Below are positions 57,301 through 64,000 of a stretch of DNA of 64,000 nucleotides, piece by piece. Position 1 is the first letter of the stretch; each line of letters begins with the position of its first letter. Source of the DNA: Octopus vulgaris. Taxonomy: Eukaryota. A model generated the notes under the pieces. That model searched no databases. It saw nothing but the letters and a program-made list of their open reading frames with translations, and had not been told where the DNA came from. The translations under genes were made by a program, and so were the position numbers. The DNA is taken from NCBI GenBank assembly GCA_951406725.2, contig OX597817.1, positions 164,114,001-164,178,000 of the forward strand. Reading direction: 5' to 3'.

Positions 57301-59126
57301 TTTTTTATCTCATTATCTTTCGTACCTCACTCGTGCTCATTCGTTACTTCTCATTCGTGCTCATTCGTTACTTCTCATTCGTTACTATTGTTAAATGTCT
57401 GTACTCATAGAGTAACTTGCTTATCTTTCTCTCTACGAAATTTAACCCTCTTTAACGTTCAATCCTTAATTCCATCTTTCTGCCATTCGGCGGTGCCCCC
57501 GCCAATACCAGTGAACACTTCTCACCCCCACCACCAATACCGGTGAACACTTCTCACCCCCACCACCAATACCGGTGAACACTTCTCACCATCTACACCG
57601 GATATGCCCTCTTTCCTCCTCCTCCCCCACCACCATTGCGTGTGTCTCTCCCTCCTACCCCTCCTTCTCACATGCTTTCACTGTGTACTACCCCTTCCTC
57701 CCACCAAGACAAGCTGCTAGCACCGCAGCTCATTAACTGCCCCACTGATCTTACGTTACCTCCTGTTTAGAATCTGTCACTGCCTCAATCCAACTATCTC
57801 CTTCCAGTCCCCTCCCCGTCTCGTGATATCCTACGTTTTTATTTCTTCTGCACCAACCCTTCCTTGTCATCGTTCCTCCTTACCCAACCTTCCCCACTGG
57901 TGCTTCCCTATATTACCTGCACCCCCTCACTATCTCTCCCTCTCTTTCTCAGCTAGACCCCCCCCCCCAACTCAACTCTAAAAAAGCTCGAACCGATCGT
58001 GACCGATGCCGGACCCCCCGGCCCCTGTGCAGGTGGCACGTAAAAAGCACCCACTCCACTCACGGAGTGGTTGGCGTTAGGAAGGGCATCCAGCCATAGA
58101 AACTCTGCCAGATCAGACTGGAGCCTGGAGCGGCCTCTGGCTTCCCAGACCCCGGTCAAACCGTCCAACCTGTGCTAGCGCGGAAAACGGACGTTAAACG
58201 ATGATGATGATGACATCATCATCATCATCATCGTTTAAAGTCTGCTTTCCATGCTAGCCATGAGTTGGACGATTTGACTGAGGACTGGCGAACCAGATGG
58301 CTGCACCAGACTCCGATTTGATCTGGCAGAGTTTCTACAGCTGGATGCCCTTCCTAATGCCAACCACTCCAAGAGTGTAGTGAGTGCTTTTACATGCCAC
58401 CAGCACGAGGCAGGTGGCACGTAAAACACACACATATGATATAATATATATTTATAATAACAATGGTGTATATAGTAAAATGTATATAAGGATACTCACC
58501 AATTCAGAGTTTAATTCATATACAACACTTTCAGCTAAGAGATGCGGACGGTTTTCTCTGTATTTTATAGACCGTAGTTTGTGGTTGGCTATTTGTCGCA
58601 GAACAACTAAGCCATCCTGGTTGTTATCTAAGGAATGGAACTTAGCATCAGGAAGCCTGGAAGACAAATTCTCGATTAATAACCACTTTTCTTCATCCAA
58701 ACTTCAGTATTTTACACAATATATATATATGCACATGCTAATATCAAACAGTGAGAATGAGTGCTCAACACTGCATTGGGGGATAAAGATTCTTTGTATG
58801 TGGGTTAACAAGGATGCCATTGGTTTCATGTCAAGAATTCATAGCAATTATCAAGCTTGTTACACACACACACTATATATATATATAAATTAGAGAAAAA
58901 CCACTATAATGTAATTGAAACAATCATAGACGTAAATCATATCATATAGAAAAAATAAAATATATGATAAAACATTTGTAGTCTATTTACTAATTATATA
59001 CAGTATATTTATTATTACGTAATTTATTTTGATCTAGGTAAATGTTTTATCATATATTTTATTTTTTCTATATGGTATGATTTACGCCTATCATTGTTTG
59101 AATTACATAATAGTGGTTTTTCTCTA

Positions 59127-59162
<36 letters not shown>

Positions 59163-62100
59163 GCCTGCTCGTTTAGCCAGCGGGGTGGCGTTATTTGAGG
59201 GCTAAAACAATGCGGAGTGCATTGTGACCAGCGATGTGTAGCAACATCTGATAGCCTGGTCGGTAACAGTGATATATATATACATGAAGCAAGGTAGGAA
59301 GGGGTTAGACAATATGGCATTTACCACGAAACTTCCGGTGCTTCTATGTAATACACATTACATAATATGCATGACTATCATTGTTATCACCAATGTCTAT
59401 GACATGATCTGTGATTGGTCACCTCAAATTGTGGAAAGAATTACAAGTTATGGAATAAAAAATATACCATACTAGCAGTATCGCCCGGCGTTGCTCAGGT
59501 TTGTAAGGGAAATAACTATAAAGCATTTTTAGAGAGTTATAGCCAAAAAATAGCAAAAAAATGGGGGGGAAAATGATGGTAAATTTTTTTGAGAGTTAAA
59601 AAAGGTGGAGTTGCGTCCCCTAGACGGTCTGTGGTTTGGGTTTCGGATTCTCGACCCCATGTCGAATTTATCGATTTTTTTCAGAACTGGGGGAACTTTT
59701 CAAAATTTTCGCTGCGTTAGTTTTGAATTATGACATTGGGCTATGTGTGTGTCAAGTTTCATCAGAATCGGATGAAAGCCGTGGTCAGGGTGAGGGTACG
59801 AGGAAACAGACACACAGAAAACGCACAGACAAACTGCCGTTTATATAGAGAGAGATAACTCCACTCTTCACTTATTTTATTCATATCATCCTGTGAAGAT
59901 TGTAGACAAGCACTGGTGTTGTTAATTTGCAGTCTTCCATGAAAAAGATTGCCTGGTCATGGCGAAATATTACTTTGCTTGGAGGCAACAGGAAAGGCAT
60001 CCGACCACAGGAAACCTACGTCACCAAATTTCGTCTACCCCATGAAAACAGAAAAGTGAATGTTAAACGATGATGACAATGTTACAAGAGTGATGTTTGA
60101 GAGACATTACAGAAATGATGGTGCTTTTACATTGAGTAAGATAGGAAAACAACAGAAAGAAGCAAACAACTAATAGTTTATCATATTTCTTTTAATAATA
60201 ATAATCATCATCATCATTTAACATCTTCCTTCCATACTGAGTTGGACAGTTTGAGAAGCCTGGTAGGCTACTGTGTCTGTTTTGGCAGGGGTTTAACAGC
60301 TGGATGCCCTTCCAAATGCTAACCACTTTACAGTGTAGACTGGATGCTTTTTAAGTGGTATCTGCATTGGCAGGGTCACCAAGTAACTTTGTAAGACAAG
60401 GAATCAAATCCGCAAGAGGATTTGAACTCAGCTCTACAAGTTAATTAAAGCCAGCAACAACGGGAAACAGAGTTACTTAGTGCAGCAAACTATATCTCCA
60501 CATGATACCTATTTTTTAATAGTTGAACAAAACCACTCATAATGGTCATAGATACAAACAAATATTCTGGTGACAAGACATGAACTTTTAGCAACTAAGC
60601 TAGCACCCTATCAACTAAGATACTTATATCCCTTTGAGATAGGGAATAACCAAAGGGAAAAATTGTTTTGTATTCCCAGTTCAATAATGTGGAGTTTTAA
60701 GGGTAAAAAAAGAGGCTATTTCAGTTGTGTATAAGACAAGATACAGCAAGTACTGTGTTTACCTTTCTATAAGTCAAATTAATTTATACTTGATTTTAGC
60801 TGGAAAAAACCAAGGTGCAACTTATCAACAGAACAAATCTAAAACTGTGAAGGGGGGAAAAAATTTTGTACCAAGACTAGGAATTTACCTTATACTCAGG
60901 TAAATGAAGTGGTTACATCTAACAGATCTACAAAACTGGCTAGTCACTGCTAAATTATGACCACCTTACTCTAAGTTTCAACAATTACCAGCAAAATATT
61001 TAAACGTACCTTTTCATAAGGTATTCATTTTGGTAAAAGCTACATTTGAGTAATATGATATTCAGATAAGTTAAACGAAATTCTTACCATTTATCAATGC
61101 ATTTTTGAATAAATTTCCTTGTATCACTTTGCTTCTTCTGAGGAATACTGCGGAAGTCCTAATGTGATAAAATAAAAAAAATACTAAGAATTACTTAGAA
61201 TAGATTCTGTTTCCAGTTTGAAAGCAAAATACCACAGAAATTTAATTTGCACAATGAATCATATGTATAGTCCTTAACCCTTTAGTGTTCAGATTACTCT
61301 GTTAAATGTAATACTTTTTCACTCAAATTGCTTTGAATTAATCATGCATTATCTTATAGCTTTGAGGTTTCAATGATGTGATTGTATATTTTTTGAATGT
61401 CAATGTAGGTTAGGTTTGAGGGGCTAGATATTCCCAGTTTGATTATAAAACATATAGAATATTTGGGCCAGATATGGCCGGTTTAAACACTAAAGGGTTA
61501 AACATTATTTAGTAGATTAAGGTAATAACTTTACATTATGTCACAGTTCTAGTGTATATCATGTTTAGATCTCTGATCATTATGGTGTAATCCTGGTTGT
61601 GTGCGTGTTTGTATGGAGGCAATCATAGTTTCAATTCCTGGACAGGGCAGTGCATTGTGTTGTTGAGTAAAGCACTTTATTCCAAGTTAGTCTGCAATCA
61701 CTTTAGCGTCTGATATATGGCACATCATGCATCTGCACAGATGTCAATTTGATGGAGGTGGTGAGCTACAGAACAGCACAAACATCTGATCACTTATAAA
61801 CAAATAACCTGTGCAGGTTGTTCAGCAAGAAGTTGTAGAAGGCAGCGAGCTGGCAGAAACGTTAGCACGCTGAGTGAAATGCTCAGCAGTATTTCGTCTG
61901 CCATTACGTTCTGAGTTCAAATTCCACCAAGGTCAACTTTGCTTTTCATCCTTTCAGGGTTGATTAAATAAGTACCAGTTACGCACTGGGGTCGATATAA
62001 TCAACTTAATCCCTTTGTCTGTCCTTGTTTGTCCTCTCTGTGATTAGCCCTTTGTGGGTAGTAAAGAAATAAGTATTTCGTCTGCCATTACGTTCAGAGT

Positions 62101-63383
62101 TCAAATTCCGCCAAGGTCGACTTTGCCTTTCATCCTTTTGGGGTTGATAAATTAGGTACCAGTTACGCACTGGGGTTGATGCAATTGACTTAATCCTTTT
62201 GTGTGTCCTTGTTTGTCCCCTCTAAGTTTAGTCCCTTGTGGGCAATAAAGAAATAAGTTGTAGAACCCTCATCTATCATTTACACTGGGTTCAGAGCACA
62301 CACACATGGATGTAAAAATACCCAGGTTGGTACCAGAACATGAAATATAATAAAACAATCGCTTCTTCATCACCATTATCACCTTTACTATAATCATACT
62401 ATGATGTAATTTTCTAAGCTAACAACAACAACAATTATACAAATATTTCTCCTAGAGTAAAAAACAAATGTAATCAAAATAGCTGAACTGACCTGAACAA
62501 TAAAGATAATTGAAGGCAAGCCTTGACCAAACAAAAGGGACAAACAATGACTGCCATATTCATCGATTCCTTCCGTTGGAGAGAGAACAGTAAGTACTGA
62601 GTCGGCTATTTTAACAGCATCAAGTAAGGCATACTGGTTACCATATTCAGGGATATAAAACGATACTCTCTGCTTTAGTCGAGGAATTCTGACAATTACA
62701 AAAATAAAATGAAAATAAAAACATTCAAAATTTACAAATAATGATTGTTGATGTTAAAAAAAATTGAAATGTTAATTAATGAGTTGATATTATATAGTCA
62801 ATGGTAAACTATCATAGTAATAATTTTATTCCTGAAACAATATCAAACGATGGTAGGAAAATTCTTTTCAATATATCTTTTATTTTGTACTTGTTTCAGT
62901 GATTGGACTGTGGCCATGCTGGGTCACTTCCTTGAAGGGTTTTGTCAAACAAATTCTCGTACTTATTCTATTGGTCTCTTTTGCCAAACCAGTAAGTTGC
63001 AGGGACATAAACAAACTAACACTGGTTGTCAAGCAACAGTGTGGAACAATGATACACACATTTACATATATGACAGGCTTCTATACAGATACCTTCTACC
63101 AAATTCACTGACATGACTTTGGTCAACCTGGAGCTATAGTAAAGAAAAGGCCAAGCAGTAGGACTGAACCAAAAATGGTTACAAAACAAGCTTCCTAATC
63201 ACAATCACCAACTTATGTTAGAGGCAAGTCTAAGAAAGTCTTCGAAACCAAATCAAAAAACTCAACTTACCCTAAATGCGTTATATCCAGATCATTCTTC
63301 TTAGAGAAAGCAGTGTCATCACAATTAATCAACAAATCCAGAACCTTTTGGGAGTTAAGACTTTTATGCAGTGGAAGAATCAC
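34570..63383 (-). CDS. TSR1: Pre-rRNA-processing protein TSR1 homolog (17 coding exons in window; 5' exons beyond 64000)
   Basis: Spliced translation contains TSR1 motifs [78 protein letters not shown] and LYKRIFPKW. All introns are GT-AG with consistent phases. Confidence 0.96.
35075..35149 (-). CDS. TSR1: TSR1 exon
   Basis: [24 protein letters not shown]. Confidence 0.95.
36343..36656 (-). mobile_element. tRNA-derived SINE (body X, tail 1)
   Basis: Body as in 52037, tail as in 13001. Confidence 0.8.
37783..38202. mobile_element. piggyBac-type MITE with SINE insertion
   Basis: TTAA TSD, TIR CCCTTTC(G/A)TTAC; (GAT)n-tailed SINE at ~37820-38044 inside. Confidence 0.8.
38226..38366 (-). CDS. 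TSR1: TSR1 exon
   Basis: [46 protein letters not shown]. Confidence 0.95.
40138..40847. mobile_element. hAT-type MITE with nested SINE
   Basis: TIR (C/T)AGT(G/A)GTTCTCAAC; 8-bp TSD TGCTAAAT. Confidence 0.75.
40886..40988 (-). CDS. TSR1: TSR1 exon
   Basis: [34 protein letters not shown]. Confidence 0.94.
42200..42405 (+). mobile_element. Short fragment carrying the same LINE 3' tail
   Basis: ATGGCGGTGCCCCAGCATGGCCACAGCTTGTGAGCTGAAACTA, near-identical to 3446-3488; 5' boundary uncertain. Confidence 0.55.
42740..42840 (-). ncRNA. Candidate intronic box C/D snoRNA in TSR1
   Basis: Sense to TSR1: C box AUGAUGA (42830-42824), D box CUGA (42753-42750), 81-nt span, terminal stem AAACAG/CUGUUU. 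Confidence 0.4.
42887..43254 (+). mobile_element. Non-autonomous Helitron
   Basis: A^TCTCTATATATATAAA ... hairpin ACTATGACTCGGC-GTT-GCTGGGTCATAGT, then G-CTAG^T. Confidence 0.8.
43292..43497 (-). CDS. TSR1: TSR1 exon
   Basis: [25 protein letters not shown]...[32 protein letters not shown]. Confidence 0.95.
44935..44986 (-). CDS. TSR1: TSR1 exon
   Basis: [17 protein letters not shown]; ccag| ... |gtaagt. Confidence 0.9.
45241..46356 (+). mobile_element. Degenerate Tc1/mariner (maT/DD37D-like) element
   Basis: [36 protein letters not shown] motifs; imperfect TIRs flanked by TA. Confidence 0.7.
45305..45526. mobile_element. piggyBac-type MITE
   Basis: TTAA TSD, TIR CCCTTTCGTTAC. Confidence 0.85.
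46601..46742 (-). CDS. TSR1: TSR1 exon (RIBIOP_C region start)
   Basis: [47 protein letters not shown]. Confidence 0.95.
47141..47460 (+). mobile_element. tRNA-derived SINE (head/body Y, tail 2)
   Basis: Same head as 13001, tail GCGATGGACTGG..CCAGCTGGGG..GAGCCTGGCTAGG; copies at 2626-2906(-) and 53085-53362(-). Confidence 0.82.
47835..47927 (-). CDS. TSR1: TSR1 exon
   Basis: [31 protein letters not shown]. Confidence 0.93.
48407..48471 (-). CDS. TSR1: TSR1 exon
   Basis: [21 protein letters not shown]; cag| ... |gtaagt. Confidence 0.88.
48914..49333. mobile_element. Merlin-type MITE
   Basis: TIRs and TSD TATTTTCT. Confidence 0.85.
49674..49742 (-). CDS. TSR1: TSR1 exon
   Basis: [23 protein letters not shown]; tag| ... 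|gtaagg, phase 0/0. Confidence 0.85.
50679..50842 (-). CDS. TSR1: TSR1 exon
   Basis: [25 protein letters not shown]...EYMEA, start of the acidic region. Confidence 0.92.
52037..52285 (+). mobile_element. tRNA-derived SINE (body X, tail 2)
   Basis: TGTGTTCTTGAG..CCAGTCCACTCAGCTGGCAAAAATGAGT followed by tail 2. Confidence 0.8.
52336..52492 (-). CDS. TSR1: TSR1 exon
   Basis: [52 protein letters not shown]. Confidence 0.93.
54239..54403 (-). CDS. TSR1: TSR1 exon (AARP2CN region)
   Basis: [55 protein letters not shown]. Confidence 0.93.
54462..54890. mobile_element. Merlin-type MITE
   Basis: TIRs; imperfect TSD (AAACAT shared). Confidence 0.82.
55374..56455 (-). mobile_element. Internally deleted piggyBac element with transposase N-terminal fragment
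   Basis: TTAA-CCCTTTCGTTAC...GTAACGAAAGGG-TTAA; ORF 55664-56176 has an acidic N-terminus and [37 protein letters not shown] (PGBD4/DDE_Tnp_1_7-like). Confidence 0.85.
57110..57590 (+). repeat. ~130-bp direct duplication plus 32-bp minisatellite
   Basis: CATTCGTTACTATTGTTAAATG...CATTCGGC occurs twice; CCAATACCGGTGAACACTTCTCACCCCCACCA about 3 times. Confidence 0.8.
57990..58430. mobile_element. Tail-to-tail pair of (GAT)n-tailed retroposons
   Basis: GGCGTTAGGAAGGGCATCCAG...GGACGTTAAACGATGATG family. Other copies at ~33730-33955, 37820-38044, 43940-44280, 51105-51305, 53652-54090, 56835-57070, 63770-64000. Confidence 0.8.
58500..58656 (-). CDS. TSR1: TSR1 exon
   Basis: [52 protein letters not shown]; cag| ... 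|gtgagt. Confidence 0.92.
58887..59130. repeat. Foldback (~90-bp inverted arms) inserted in (TA)n
   Basis: AAATTAGAGAAAAACCACTA...TAGTGGTTTTTCTCTAATTT, TA repeats on both sides. Confidence 0.75.
59472..59855 (-). mobile_element. Non-autonomous Helitron (same 3' end as 5957 copy)
   Basis: 5' TC, 3' hairpin and CTAG, A^T site; 3' ~110 bp shared with 5957-6070. Confidence 0.8.
61088..61158 (-). CDS. TSR1: TSR1 exon
   Basis: [23 protein letters not shown]; phases 0/2 fit neighbours. Confidence 0.88.
61278..61497. mobile_element. piggyBac-type MITE, second subfamily
   Basis: TTAA-CCCTTTAGTGTT...AACACTAAAGGG-TTAA; partial copy at ~33960-34160. Confidence 0.78.
62493..62688 (-). CDS. TSR1: TSR1 exon
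   Basis: [65 protein letters not shown]; cag| ... |gtcagt. Confidence 0.92.
63271..63383 (-). CDS. TSR1: TSR1 exon
   Basis: [37 protein letters not shown]; tag| ... |gtaagt. Confidence 0.85.
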
Positions 63384-63520
63384 CTAAAATAAAGAAATAA
63401 ATTAAAATTCATTTCAAAGCTCAATGTTGCTGTTGTTATTGTTTAACCCCAGAACTGCTTTGACTACTCTTTATGTACTATGTAGACCCACACTGAAGTA
63501 TGAAATATTTTCAAGGTTAA

Positions 63521-63735
63521 CCCTTTCATTACCGTATTTATTTTGAGATGCTCTGTGTTTCTTTCAATTATTTTAAATATAACAAAGAATTTAGTAAAAT
63601 AACTTAGCTATCATTAAGCTAGTGTTAGGAATATAAATTGCAACTAAGGTTTGGTGGTATATTTTGATGCAAAACTTATGAAAACAAGACATTTGCACTA
63701 CAAAACCGGTTTTGGCCGGGTTAGTAACGAAAGGG
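63521..63735. mobile_element. piggyBac-type MITE
   Basis: TTAA TSD, same TIR and internal sequence as the 45305 copy. Confidence 0.82.
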
Positions 63736-64000
63736 TTAATAAACATGTTAATACCAATTTTTCTGAAATCATCATCATTGTTTAACGTCCGCTTTCCATG
63801 CTAGCATGGGTTGGACAATTTGACTGAGGTCTGACGAATCAGATGGCTGCACCAGGCTCCAATCTGATCTGGCAGAGTTTCTACAGCTGGATGCCCTTCC
63901 TAATGCCAACCACTCCGAGAGTGTAGTAGGTGCTTTTACGAGGGCCAGTCAGGCAGTACTGGCAATGGCCATGCTCAAATGGTGCTTTTTATGTGCCACC

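Overview
AT-rich, repeat-dense animal genomic DNA with spliceosomal introns. The SINE, MITE and microsatellite make-up suggests an octopus (coleoid cephalopod); this is an inference. I reconstructed two convergent genes by hand with GT-AG junctions in consistent phase. (1) On +, the last three visible coding exons of a putative protease inhibitor: a Lustrin/WR1-like Cys-rich module plus two Kunitz domains (752-931, 3123-3278, 14645-14847). (2) On -, 17 coding exons of TSR1, the pre-40S ribosome assembly factor (63383 down to the stop at 34570); its 5' end lies outside the window. The rest is tRNA-derived SINEs, remnants of CR1/L2, Penelope-like and Gypsy retroelements, Merlin, piggyBac, Tc1/mariner and hAT elements or MITEs, Helitrons and long microsatellites. 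The most notable signals are two minimal hammerhead ribozymes with the same palindromic stem III (GAAACAATTGTA). One lies downstream of a Penelope GIY-YIG remnant, the other in a ~320-bp foldback element inside a (TA)n tract. Also seen: nested Merlin elements, a 2x2 SINE body/tail mosaic, a shared LINE-SINE 3' stem-loop, and a candidate intronic box C/D snoRNA in TSR1. Most ORFs in the supplied track are microsatellite or SINE artefacts.
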